From assembly GCA_028289345.1 (NCBI GenBank), contig JANQQL010000047.1, positions 57,454-121,453 on the forward strand: a stretch of 64,000 nucleotides of DNA. The letters are read 5' to 3'. This document shows, piece by piece, positions 1 to 9,623 of the stretch. The first letter of the stretch is position 1; each line of letters opens with the position of its first letter. The notes beneath the pieces are model-generated. The model was not told the origin of the DNA and made no database searches. It was given only the letters and a program-made list of their open reading frames with translations. A program made the position numbers and the translations under genes. The stretch is from Planctomycetota bacterium. Lineage in GTDB: Bacteria > Planctomycetota > B15-G4 > SIAN01.

Positions 1-368
1 GCACCTCAACTCGCCTCGAAACCCGGCCCGACTGGACTCGCCGGTCACTGGGAAAGGAGTTCCTCGCACGAAAGCAATGCCGTGGTCGCCTGAAATGAAG
101 GCCATGCGCCCACAACGGCGCATGGATGGACGGCCCCAAACCCAAAGGAGCGGGCGAAGCGATCGGCTTTCGCGCGCCTGTCGACTCGGCGAGGGGCCGG
201 CGCGGCCTCCCCTCCGACGAATGCGGAATCGGGACAGGCTGGGTCCCCCTATCATCGTTCCCGGAATCCACGGGACCCCCTGCTTCGTCATCTCCGGTGG
301 TGGTCCCACCTCACTGGCGCCAGTCGCCAAATCCCACGGCAATCCGCCGTGGATGGAAAGGAGAAGCA

Positions 369-830
369 ATGAGCGTGCAACCGATTCCCGAAGGCTTCCA
401 CTCAGTGACCCCTCACCTGATCATCCAGAATGCCGCCGAAGCCATCGAGTTCTACAAGAAGGCATTCGGCGCGGAGGAGATGACCCGTATGCCGACCCCC
501 GACGGCAAGATCATGCACGCGGAGATCAAGATCGGCGATTCGCATGTGATGATCGCCGAGCGGATGGCCGAGTTCGGCATGAAGGGTCCCGAGGACTTCG
601 GCGGCAGCCCGGTCTGCCTGCACATCTACTGCGACAACGTGGACACCATGTTCGAGACCGCAGTCAAAGCCGGTGGCCAGGTGGTCATGCCCCCGCAAGA
701 CATGTTCTGGGGCGACCGTTACGGCAAGCTCAAGGACCCGTTCGGCCACGAGTGGTCGATCGCCACCCACACCGCCGATCCGAGCCCGGAAGAGATGGCC
801 AAGGCCGCGGCCGAGGCGTTCGGCGGCTAA
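369..830 (+). CDS. VOC family protein (glyoxalase/bleomycin-resistance/PhnB-like fold)
   Basis: ATG at 369 is preceded by an aaggag RBS. The 153-aa product has the typical VOC/PhnB-like sequence (HLIIQNAAEAIEFYKKAFGA...GDRYGKLKDPFGHEW). The ORF table's longer 126..830 version carries an implausible N-terminal extension. Confidence 0.85.
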   Translation: MSVQPIPEGFHSVTPHLIIQNAAEAIEFYKKAFGAEEMTRMPTPDGKIMHAEIKIGDSHVMIAERMAEFGMKGPEDFGGSPVCLHIYCDNVDTMFETAVKAGGQVVMPPQDMFWGDRYGKLKDPFGHEWSIATHTADPSPEEMAKAAAEAFGG

Positions 831-1110
831 CACTCCGAAAAGGCGACCAGCACCCGACTCCCGAGTGCTGGCTCGCTGCCCGTGGAGAGCCGCTCCCCCG
901 AACTCGCGGGCGGCGTTGAAGATTGACGCCCCCCCCTTCCTTGCCTCGACCGCGGCGGAAATCCTGCCTCTCGGGCCGGCAGAGCGTAACACCGAGAGCC
1001 CCAGGGGTTGCTCCCGGGTCACGAGTCTCCATGATCGGGCTGCCGGCGGACCCAGCGGTCCCGCCGGCAGCTCGTTTTCGTTCCCTCCCCAGCAAACAGG
1101 AACTTCCTCC

Positions 1111-3093
1111 ATGATCCCGCGACGTGCCGCTCTGTTGTTCTTCGCGCTCGTTTCCGTCCTCCGATCGGGCGTCGCCCAGGCCTCGGAAGACGCGTGGTGG
1201 CTCGCCACCGTGCAAGGAGCGCCGGTCGGCTACACACGCACCATCACCGACCAGCTTGAGGAGGACGGCGAAGTCCGCTTCCTCACCATCGAGACCATGA
1301 AGATGAAGCTGGGCCGCTTGGGCGCCGAGATGGAAATCGTCGGCACCACGCGCTCGTGGGAAAACGAAGCCGGGGAGATGCTGCGCATCGAGGGCAGCAT
1401 GGAAATGGCCCAGAACCCGACCAGCTACAAGGGCGTGGTGCGTGGCAACGTGCTGCATCTCGAGAGCACGTTGATGGGCAACACCCAGAAGAAGCAGCTT
1501 CCGTGGAAGAAGGGCATCGTTGGCTCTCATGCCATCGATCGCGCCTGGGTGGAAATGTCCCGCGCTCCGGTCGGGACCAAGAAGAAGCTGATGAGCTTCG
1601 AGCCGACCATGGGAATGATCTTCAACATGGAGATCGAAGCCGGGCCCACCGAGATCATCGAGCACCAGGGTCAGAAGGTAGAAGCACGGGTGGTGTTCGG
1701 CACGACGGACCTGATGCCCGGGATGAAATCTCGGGTCTGGGTGACCCCCGACGGCGAATCGATCCGCGAAACCGCCCCGCTCATGGGATCGGTGGAAATC
1801 GTCTCGACCCGCACCACTCGCGAGAAGGCCTTGGCCGGCTTCGAAGCGAGCGGAGAGGTCCCCGACATTTTTGCTCAGTCCGTCGTGACCTGCCGGGTTC
1901 CAATTCCCAACCCTCGACGAGTGGACGAGGTGCTCTACCGCGTCACCATGGAGAACGCCAATCACGAGCTGCCGCCCTTCGACCACGATCGCCGTCAGGT
2001 CGAAGAGTCCCGCAGCGACAGCGAGGTGATGCTGCGGATCACCCGTCAGGAACCGGCCGCCCTGTTCCCCTTCCCGCTCGCCGACTTGCCCGAATCCGTC
2101 GGGGCGTCATTGAAGCCGTCCCTGCTGGTTCAAAGTGATGACGGAGACATCGCTCGCACGGCCCGCGAAATTGCCGGCTCGGAGACCGATGCGTGGAAGG
2201 TGGCCCAAGACATGGAGCGCTGGGTCTACGAACACATCCAGAAGAAGAGCATGGATGTCGGTTTCGCCTCGGCACGAGAAGTTTTCGAGACCAAGCAGGG
2301 GGACTGCACCGAGCACGCGGTGCTGTTGGCGGCACTGTGCCGTTCGGTCGGGATCCCGGCTCGAGTCGCCATGGGGTTCCTGTATGTCCAAGGCATCTTC
2401 GGTGGCCATGCGTGGACCGAGGTATACATGGATGATTGGTACGCCTTGGACGCCACCAACGCGGTCGGCGGGGTGGACGCGGCTCACATCACCATGGGAA
2501 CCAGCAACTTCGATCAAGACGAAGGGCTGGCGGAATTCCTTCCCATGATGGCCGTGTTCGGCAACGTCGACATCGACGTGGTCGAGCTCCGCTACGGGGA
2601 ACAGCGCATCCAGACGGGCGAAAACCTGACCAACAACATGATCCAGGGAGACACCTACGAGAACCGCTTGCTCGGCCTCAAGGTGACCAAACCGGAAGGT
2701 TGGAAGTTCGAGATCCCCGAGAAAGAAGGAATCAGCAAGGACACCCTGACCTTGGCGTCTCCGAAAGGTGACTTCCTGCACATTCACTCCCAGTCCGTTC
2801 CCTATGACTTTTCCCTCGAGGACCTGCGTCAACGTGCCCTGTCTTCTTGGAAGGGCGAAGGAAAGAACGTGACTCAAACGCCCCTGTCCATCGACGGGCG
2901 GGCGACTCAAATGCGCTCGGCCACCATGCCGAGCATGCAGCGGGTCGGCGCGGACGTGCTGTTGGGCGACACCCTCTTCGTGTTCGACATGACGACGTTG
3001 CGCGAAGACGCCGCGCAGCTGTTCGAGGAGATTCTGGACACCGTGGACTTCGACGTGGGCGTCATGCAGCTCGAAGCCGCCCAGTCGGAGTAA
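1111..3093 (+). CDS. secreted transglutaminase-like superfamily protein
   Basis: ATG at 1111 gives a signal peptide (MIPRRAALLFFALVSVLRSGVAQA). The transglutaminase-like Cys-His-Asp core is present (KQGDCTEHAVLLAALCRSVGIPARVAMGF...GHAWTEVYMDDWYALDATN). The upstream part of the 673..3093 ORF is an Arg/Pro-rich artefact. Confidence 0.8.
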   Translation: MIPRRAALLFFALVSVLRSGVAQASEDAWWLATVQGAPVGYTRTITDQLEEDGEVRFLTIETMKMKLGRLGAEMEIVGTTRSWENEAGEMLRIEGSMEMAQNPTSYKGVVRGNVLHLESTLMGNTQKKQLPWKKGIVGSHAIDRAWVEMSRAPVGTKKKLMSFEPTMGMIFNMEIEAGPTEIIEHQGQKVEARVVFGTTDLMPGMKSRVWVTPDGESIRETAPLMGSVEIVSTRTTREKALAGFEASGEVPDIFAQSVVTCRVPIPNPRRVDEVLYRVTMENANHELPPFDHDRRQVEESRSDSEVMLRITRQEPAALFPFPLADLPESVGASLKPSLLVQSDDGDIARTAREIAGSETDAWKVAQDMERWVYEHIQKKSMDVGFASAREVFETKQGDCTEHAVLLAALCRSVGIPARVAMGFLYVQGIFGGHAWTEVYMDDWYALDATNAVGGVDAAHITMGTSNFDQDEGLAEFLPMMAVFGNVDIDVVELRYGEQRIQTGENLTNNMIQGDTYENRLLGLKVTKPEGWKFEIPEKEGISKDTLTLASPKGDFLHIHSQSVPYDFSLEDLRQRALSSWKGEGKNVTQTPLSIDGRATQMRSATMPSMQRVGADVLLGDTLFVFDMTTLREDAAQLFEEILDTVDFDVGVMQLEAAQSE

Positions 3094-3480
3094 GGACCGG
3101 CGCGCTCGACGTGCACCACGCCTGGGTTCGGCGTCCGACCGAGAGGAGCGGGCGGGCAAGCTCGGGATCGGGCGGGCCGAGCATCGAGGGGCGGACGCCA
3201 AGATTCGACTCACTCGGCGGTCGCAAGGATTGCTCACCCGAGGCGATTCGTGAGTCCGGCGGCCCTCGGCTGGACTCATGAGGATTAGCCCGGACGAATC
3301 GTGAAGGTTCGCAGGCCTGAGGAAAAGGCCTGCGAGCACGAGACCCCGGGAACTTTTCCCCGGCCTCCCCGTACGTGAGGAGATGGCCCAGGCCTCCCTG
3401 ACCCCCGGGTCGTGTGGGAGGAGCCGCAGTTTTCCCGAGGGGGTGACCACCTCGAACTGGACGCGAAGGAGAGTGGATTC

Positions 3481-4446
3481 ATGAGCCTGACGCTGTTGTC
3501 CCTGTTGCTCGCCGTCGCGGATCCCGTGCCGGCAGCCGAGATGCCGAACGATGTCCTCACCGTGTCCGCATCGATGGACTCGGGGGAGTGGACCCCGGGA
3601 TCCGACCATGTGCTGAATCTCGAAGTCACCATGAAGGACGGCTGGTCCGCGTCGACTTCGGGAATTCCCCAGCCGCTGCTGCAGATCCAGAAGCCCGCCT
3701 CGGTGACCCTGGAAGGCAAGGTCCTGACGAAATTCGAAGACCTGGCCCGCAACGAGTTCCTCCAGGCTCCCTATGAGCGCCTGATCGAAGGGACCCGCGC
3801 CGAGATCGGCTTTACAGTGAAAGGCGATCCAAGGGACGGAGAAACCCTGGCATTCACCGTCCTCGCCTACGTCTCCGACGATCCGGACTCTCGCGGCTGG
3901 TTCGTGCGCAAGCGCATGGAAGTCGAGCTGAAGCCAGACGCCGTCGCCAAAGAGGTGTCGGCGGAAGACTCCACCTGGGGAGACTCGGGTGTGCTGCAGA
4001 TCGGGGACGACGCCGAGTCTTTCGAACTGCCTCGCGCCGACGAGTCCTACCTGGTCATGGACGACTACCTGTACGAGAAGAACATCGTCGTCACCACCTA
4101 TCGCGCCTACTGGTGACCGTTCTGCATCGAACAGCTCGGTGAGCTGTCAGACTTCCGGCAACAATTCGAGGACCGCGACACCGTCGTCATCGCCATTGCT
4201 CAAGAGGACACCGACCTCGTGACCCACGGCAAGATCCTGGAGAAGTTCCCCGAGGACCTGCCTTTCCAGCTGGTCGCGGATGTCGACCAGGAGCAAACCA
4301 AGTCCTACGATCGGACCACGACGTACCTGATCGACAAGGAAGGGGTGGTGCGAGAAATCTTCCCCGCCATGATCCACATGCGTCCGACCTGGCACTCGGT
4401 GCTGAATCGTCTGGACGAAATCCTCGGCGCAGAGGCCGCGGAGTAA
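3481..4446 (+). CDS. predicted selenoprotein: periplasmic TlpA/Prx-like thiol:disulfide oxidoreductase with in-frame TGA (Sec) at 4114-4116 within a W-U-P-F-C redox motif
   Basis: RBS aaggagag, then ATG 3481 and a signal peptide MSLTLLSLLLAVA. The ORF appears to stop at TGA 4114-4116, but the same frame continues with no stop and no start codon for 34 codons. It encodes the remainder of a peroxiredoxin/TlpA-like thioredoxin fold (PFCIEQLGELSDFRQQFEDRDTVVIAIA...TYLIDKEGVVREIF) and ends at TAA 4444-4446. The TGA sits exactly where the first Cys of the WCxxC motif is expected (YRAYW-TGA-PFC). Confidence 0.6.
4131..4147 (+). other. candidate bacterial SECIS-like hairpin (acagctc-GGU-gagctgt) 15 nt downstream of the in-frame TGA
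   Basis: A perfect 7-bp stem with a GGU apical loop starts 15 nt 3' of UGA 4114-4116. Spacing and G/U-containing loop are compatible with a SelB-binding element. Confidence 0.35.
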
Positions 4447-4481
4447 CCCGCTCCCCGTTGCGTCGTCCCTCCTGAACCTTC

Positions 4482-4522
4482 GGGGCCCGATTCACCGTCG
4501 CGTGAGTCGGGCCCCTTCTCTT
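4482..4522 (+). terminator. putative intrinsic terminator / stable hairpin downstream of the selenoprotein gene
   Basis: A perfect 9-bp GC-rich stem (ggggcccga ... tcgggcccc) is followed by ttctctt, about 35 nt after the TAA stop at 4446. Confidence 0.4.
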
Positions 4523-4839
4523 GGGCGAACTCTGCGGGAAACGACGCCTGCCGCGAGCCGACGCCCCGCAGACCTGACCGGGACACCCATCTGACGGGAA
4601 ACCTTGTCCCGGACAAACCGCCCCGTCGCTCGATCCCGAATCTGCGGGGCGGGGCTACCATGGCATGCGCAGGGCCGAAGCCGCCTTGGCAGCCGCTATA
4701 TTCGCGCGGATTCCGCGATCCAGCCCCCTGGCCCGCCCCTTGCGGAGGCTTGGAGGATCTGGAACTCCCTGCGAACCCCACCCTCGGCGTCGCGCTCCCC
4801 TGTCATCCGAAAATCCAGCACAAGGACCCGGCCCTCTCC

Positions 4840-7644
4840 ATGGCGAAGTCTGAAGCTCCCAAGCGGCGTCGCTACGTTCCCGCCGTCGGCAAACGCCTGA
4901 ACGTTCTTTTGGCCGTGGTCTTCGGCTTGTTCGCACTGCTGTCCGTGAACGGGCTGTTCCTCGCGAGCGTGCGCGTGCTGGGGTACTTCACCGGACGCTC
5001 CTACGAGAACCTCTTCTACCTCTACAACTTCCTGGTGCACCTGGTGCTGGGTTTCGTTCTGATCGCCCCGCTGGTGATTTTCACCGCGATCCACATGAAG
5101 AACACTCGGCAGCGGCGCAACCGACGCGCGTTGAAAGCCGGCTATGGCCTGGCGTTCATCGCTTTGCTGCTGGTGTTGAGCGGGGTCCTGCTGACTCGCA
5201 TCGAAGGCATCCTGGAGGTCAAGAACCAGACGGTTCGGAGCGCCGCGTACTGGGCCCACGTCATCACTCCGTTGTTGGCCGTCTGGATGTTCATCCTGCA
5301 CCGCCTGGCGGGCCGCAAGATCCGCTGGAACATCGGATTGCGCTGGGCCGTGGTCGGTGTCGTGTTCGCGGGAATCAGCCTGCTATTCCTCACCCACGAC
5401 CCGCGCGCTTGGGACGTGGAGGGCAATCCAGACGGCGCTCAGTACTTCTTCCCGTCGTTGGCCAGGACGGTGAGCGGCGATTTCATCCCGGCGCACGTCC
5501 TCGACAACGACGAATACTGCATGCGCTGCCACCAGGACGTTCATGAGTCCTGGGAAATGAGCGTCCATCGCTTCGCCTCGTTCAACAACCCGGTGTACCT
5601 GGCGTCCATTCGCGAAACACGCCAGGCCATGATGGAGCGCGATGGGAACATTCAAGGCTCACGATTCTGCGCCGGCTGCCACGATCCGGTTCCGTTCTTC
5701 TCCGGCGCCTTCAACGACCCCAACTACGACGACGTCAACCACCCGACGGCCCACTCGGGAATCACCTGCACCGCCTGTCACGCCATCACCCACGTGAACA
5801 CTCCGCGAGGCAACGCCGACTACACCATCGAAGAGCCCATCCACTACCCGTTCACGTTCAGCGACAACCCGCTGCTGAGCTGGGTGAATGAGCAGCTGGT
5901 GAAAGCCAAGCCAGGGTTCCACAAGAAGACGTTCCTGAAACCGCTTCACCAAGAAGCCGAGTTCTGCGGGTCCTGCCACAAAGTGCACTTGCCGAAAGAG
6001 GTCAACGACTACAAGTGGCTCCGCGGCCAGAACCACTACGACAACTATCACTTGAGCGGCGTTTCCGGCCACGGGGTGCAGAGCTTCTACTATCCCCCCA
6101 AAGCGGAACACAATTGCAACAACTGCCACATGCCGTTGATGCCTTCCGACGATTTCGGCTCCCAGGACTTCGACGGGTCTGGCGTCGTCCAGGCCCACGA
6201 CCACATGTTCCCTTCGGCCAATGCGGCCATTCCTCATTTGGAGGCCGAACTCAACCGCCTTACCAAAGAACAAGCGAACATTGCCGAGCAGAAGCACCGA
6301 AAGTTCACTGATGGCGTGATGCGTCTAGACATCTTCGGCATCAAAGAAGAGGGGCGCATCGATGGGGCACTGACGGCTCCGCTGCGGCCCGAGGTCCCGA
6401 CCTTGCAGCCCGGGGGCCGGTATCTCCTCGAAGTCGTCATCCGCACCAAGAAGATGGGGCACATCTTCACCCAGGGCACGGTGGACTCGAACGAAGTTTG
6501 GGTAGAGATGAGCGCCGAGTCGGACCAACGACTCTTGGGACGTTCCGGCGGACTGCACCCGGACACGCGGGAGCTGGACCCCTGGTCACACATGGTGAAT
6601 GCGTTCGTGCTCGACCGGGAAGGCAACCGGATCTCGCGACGCAACGCCCAGGACATCTTCATTCCGCTGTACAACCATCAGATTCCGCCGGGAGCCGCGG
6701 ACGTGGTGCACTACCTTCTGGAAGTGCCAGAGAACCAGACCGGCTCCATCACGGTGAACGCGCGCCTTCGCTACCGAAAGTTTGACAACGAGCTGATGCG
6801 CTTCGTCACCGAAGACGAAGGCTATGTGAACAACCTTCCGATTCTGGAGCTGGCCGAGGATCGGGTCGTGTTCCCGGTGGCCGGAGGAGACGTTTCCCAG
6901 AACCCCGCTTCTGAGATTCCGGAATGGGAACGCTGGAACGACTACGGGATCGGCCTGCTGCGCAAGGGACAGCTCGGTGAGCTCCGCCAGGCAGAACATG
7001 CCTTCCAACAGGTCGAGCGTCTGGGTCGGCCGGAAGGGCCGTTGCACCAGGCCCGGGTGTACATCAAAGAAGGTCGCGTTGCCGACGAAGCGCCCGCCGC
7101 CTTGCGTCGAGCTCGGGACTTCGAACCTCCCGCCAATGAGTGGTCGGTGCTTTGGTTCTCCGGCTTGGTCAACAAGCAGAACGGCAAGCTGGAAGATGCA
7201 ATTCGAAACTTCGAGCAGATCCTGGAAGGAGGCTTCGAGCAAGCTCAGGGTCGAGAATTCGACTTCCGTCAGGACTACAATCTGCTGAACGAACTGGCCG
7301 GCACCGTGTTCGAGCGCGCCAAGCAAATGCGCGGGGAGAAACGCAAGCCCCAACGCGAAGCGCTCATGAACAAAGCCCTCGGCCTGTTTCACCAGGTCCT
7401 TGACCTGGATCCCGAAAACGTGACGGCTCACTACGGTCTGAACTTGATCTACCGAGACCTGGGAGACGATGCCAAGGCCGCAGAACACAGCGCGCTGCAC
7501 GGCACTTACAAGGTGGATGACAACGCGCGGGACCTCGCCATCGCCAACGCTCGGATCAAGTACCCAGCCGCCAATCACGCGGCGGAAGCGGTGGTGATCT
7601 ACGACTTGCAGCGCGATGGCGCCTACGGAATGCCCCAACAATGA
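4840..7644 (+). CDS. membrane-anchored pentaheme c-type cytochrome with C-terminal TPR repeats
   Basis: ATG at 4840 (MAKSEAPKRRRY). About five N-terminal TM helices. Five CxxCH motifs (CMRCH, CAGCH, CTACH, CGSCH, CNNCH). The C-terminal half is TPR-like. The stop overlaps the next gene's start (ATGA). Confidence 0.8.
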   Translation: MAKSEAPKRRRYVPAVGKRLNVLLAVVFGLFALLSVNGLFLASVRVLGYFTGRSYENLFYLYNFLVHLVLGFVLIAPLVIFTAIHMKNTRQRRNRRALKAGYGLAFIALLLVLSGVLLTRIEGILEVKNQTVRSAAYWAHVITPLLAVWMFILHRLAGRKIRWNIGLRWAVVGVVFAGISLLFLTHDPRAWDVEGNPDGAQYFFPSLARTVSGDFIPAHVLDNDEYCMRCHQDVHESWEMSVHRFASFNNPVYLASIRETRQAMMERDGNIQGSRFCAGCHDPVPFFSGAFNDPNYDDVNHPTAHSGITCTACHAITHVNTPRGNADYTIEEPIHYPFTFSDNPLLSWVNEQLVKAKPGFHKKTFLKPLHQEAEFCGSCHKVHLPKEVNDYKWLRGQNHYDNYHLSGVSGHGVQSFYYPPKAEHNCNNCHMPLMPSDDFGSQDFDGSGVVQAHDHMFPSANAAIPHLEAELNRLTKEQANIAEQKHRKFTDGVMRLDIFGIKEEGRIDGALTAPLRPEVPTLQPGGRYLLEVVIRTKKMGHIFTQGTVDSNEVWVEMSAESDQRLLGRSGGLHPDTRELDPWSHMVNAFVLDREGNRISRRNAQDIFIPLYNHQIPPGAADVVHYLLEVPENQTGSITVNARLRYRKFDNELMRFVTEDEGYVNNLPILELAEDRVVFPVAGGDVSQNPASEIPEWERWNDYGIGLLRKGQLGELRQAEHAFQQVERLGRPEGPLHQARVYIKEGRVADEAPAALRRARDFEPPANEWSVLWFSGLVNKQNGKLEDAIRNFEQILEGGFEQAQGREFDFRQDYNLLNELAGTVFERAKQMRGEKRKPQREALMNKALGLFHQVLDLDPENVTAHYGLNLIYRDLGDDAKAAEHSALHGTYKVDDNARDLAIANARIKYPAANHAAEAVVIYDLQRDGAYGMPQQ

Positions 7645-9500
7645 ACGACCCGAAGAGCACGGAGCCCCACGACCACGAGTCCGAAGAGTTCGTCCCCGAA
7701 GACGACCGCATTGTCGGCCAGGCGTTTCGCTGGTCCCTCGCCGTCATTCTTTTCCTCGCCGGGGTGATCTGCGGGTTCCTGTACTTCTCGAAAGAGGAGG
7801 TCCAAGAAGCCGAGGTCCAGGAGAAGGATTTGAGTGCGATCCCGGACTTGGCGCCCGAACTGGAACAAGCGCCCACGGTGGTGTTCACCGACGTGACCGA
7901 GCAGGCGGGAATCGACTTTGTGCATCACAGCGGCGCCCGCGGCGAGAAGCTCCTCCCGGAAACCATGGGAAGTGGCTGCGCCTTCTTCGACTATGACGCG
8001 GACGGAGACCAGGACCTTCTCTTGACCAACGGTACCGCCTGGCCCCACGACCCCGCCCCCGAGACGCCGCCGACCATGGCCCTGTATCGCAACGACGGAT
8101 CCGGTCACTTCGAAGACGTCACCGAAGAATCCGGCCTGGCAGTGTCCTTCTACGGCATGGGACCCGCCGCGGCAGACTGGGACGCCGACGGAGACCTGGA
8201 CTTGTTCGTCGCCGCGGTCGGACGAAACCGCATGTTCCGCAACGAAGGGGGCACCTTTGTGGAGGTGACCGATCAAGCGGGAGTGGCCGGACTCGACAGC
8301 GAGTGGACCTCGTGCGCCGGCTTCTTCGATGCCGATGGCGACGGCGATTTGGATCTGCTGGTCGGAAACTACGTCGAGTGGTCCCGAGACATCGACACTC
8401 AGTTGGCCTTCACCTTGAACGGCGAAGACCGTGCTTACGGCCCACCGACCAACTACAAGGGGAGCTTTCCCGCTCTGTATCGCAACGACGGCGATGGGAC
8501 CTTCACCGACATTTCGGAGGAGTCCGGGATTCGCATCGCAAACTCGGCGACCGGCGTGCCGGTGGCCAAGACTTTGGGCTTCGCCTTCACCGACATCGAT
8601 CAGGACGGCTTGCAAGACGTTCTGGTCGCCAACGACACGGTCAGCAACTTTCTGTTTCACAACCTCGGCGGTGGCAAGTTCGAGGAAATTGGAGACGTCG
8701 CTGGAGTCGCGTACGATTCCACTGGGCATGCCACGGGCGCCATGGGCATCGACTGCGCCTACTACCGAAACGACGGTTCCCTGGGAATCGGCATCGGCAA
8801 CTTCGCCAACGAAATGAGTTCGCTGTACGTGTCCTACCGCGATCGCCTTCAGTTTTCCGACGAGGCCATTGGCGAGGGCGTCGGCTCCCCTTCGCGACTG
8901 CGCCTTTCCTTCGGTCTGTTCTTCTTCGACTACGATCTGGATGGGCGCATGGATTTGTTCCAGGCCAACGGACATCTGGAAGAAACCATCCACGAAATCC
9001 AAGAAAGCCAGCACTACCACCAGCCGGTTCAGCTGTTCTGGAACCGCGGCCCCGATTCGGAGAGCTGTTTCGTCGAGATTCCGAGCGACGAAGCGGGCGA
9101 TCTGGCGAAAAAGGTCGCGGGGCGTGCCGCGGCCTACGCGGACGTGGATGGAGATGGCGATCTGGACGTGATTGTCACTCAGCCCGGCGATCGCCCGATG
9201 CTGCTCCGCAACGATCAGGACCTGGGACACCACTGGATTCGATTGCAACTAGCCGGTTCCGGAAGCAATCGAGACGCCCTTGGCGCGCGTGTTCGCATCA
9301 CCCAGAACGGAACGACCTACGAACGAAGGGTCAGCCCCACCCGCAGTTACCTGAGTCAGGTGGAACTTCCGGTCACCATCGGCCTCGGCACCGCGACCTC
9401 GGTCGAGAAGCTCGAAGTGATCTGGCCCGATGGCTCGACTCAAGCCGTGACGAACCCGACGATCGACGGGCTCACGGTGGTCCGCCAGTCGGGAGCCTGA
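7641..9500 (+). CDS. CRTAC1-family protein (FG-GAP/VCBS repeats plus ASPIC/UnbV domain), membrane-anchored
   Basis: Translationally coupled to the cytochrome gene. Has an N-terminal TM helix and repeated 'FDYDADGDQDLL' / 'FDADGDGDLDLLVGNY' FG-GAP motifs. The C-terminal UnbV_ASPIC-like region reads ...RVRITQNGTTYERRVSPTRSYLSQ. Confidence 0.85.
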   Translation: MNDPKSTEPHDHESEEFVPEDDRIVGQAFRWSLAVILFLAGVICGFLYFSKEEVQEAEVQEKDLSAIPDLAPELEQAPTVVFTDVTEQAGIDFVHHSGARGEKLLPETMGSGCAFFDYDADGDQDLLLTNGTAWPHDPAPETPPTMALYRNDGSGHFEDVTEESGLAVSFYGMGPAAADWDADGDLDLFVAAVGRNRMFRNEGGTFVEVTDQAGVAGLDSEWTSCAGFFDADGDGDLDLLVGNYVEWSRDIDTQLAFTLNGEDRAYGPPTNYKGSFPALYRNDGDGTFTDISEESGIRIANSATGVPVAKTLGFAFTDIDQDGLQDVLVANDTVSNFLFHNLGGGKFEEIGDVAGVAYDSTGHATGAMGIDCAYYRNDGSLGIGIGNFANEMSSLYVSYRDRLQFSDEAIGEGVGSPSRLRLSFGLFFFDYDLDGRMDLFQANGHLEETIHEIQESQHYHQPVQLFWNRGPDSESCFVEIPSDEAGDLAKKVAGRAAAYADVDGDGDLDVIVTQPGDRPMLLRNDQDLGHHWIRLQLAGSGSNRDALGARVRITQNGTTYERRVSPTRSYLSQVELPVTIGLGTATSVEKLEVIWPDGSTQAVTNPTIDGLTVVRQSGA

Positions 9501-9623
9501 CCTCCTTCCTCACCCGTCGGGCAAAAGCGACGACGAAGTGCCGCGCACCCCAAGAACGGGTTCGATGCGAACGTACAAATCTCATCCCCGCTCTCGAATC
9601 TGGCAGATCGTGTGCTGCGCTGG

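Noticed and set aside
77-1986. ORFs 77..919(+), 402..1208(-), 730..1986(-) and 1356..2138(+) overlapping the VOC and transglutaminase genes
   Set aside because: They are Arg/Gly/Pro-rich with no recognisable fold. They lie in alternative frames of clearly coding genes, which is the typical high-GC shadow-ORF pattern.
2107-3609. 500-aa antisense ORF opposite the transglutaminase-like gene
   Set aside because: It is low-complexity and Arg-rich, entirely antisense to a gene with strong domain evidence.
4117-4446. Treating 4219..4446 (GTG start) as an independent small redoxin fragment gene or pseudogene
   Set aside because: It would lack the N-terminal beta-strands and the first Cys of the fold and has no RBS. 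Its frame is continuous with the upstream gene through the TGA.
6586-9248. 351-aa and 541-aa antisense ORFs opposite the cytochrome and CRTAC1 genes
   Set aside because: These are GC-frame artefacts with no domain signal. The sense-strand genes are well supported.
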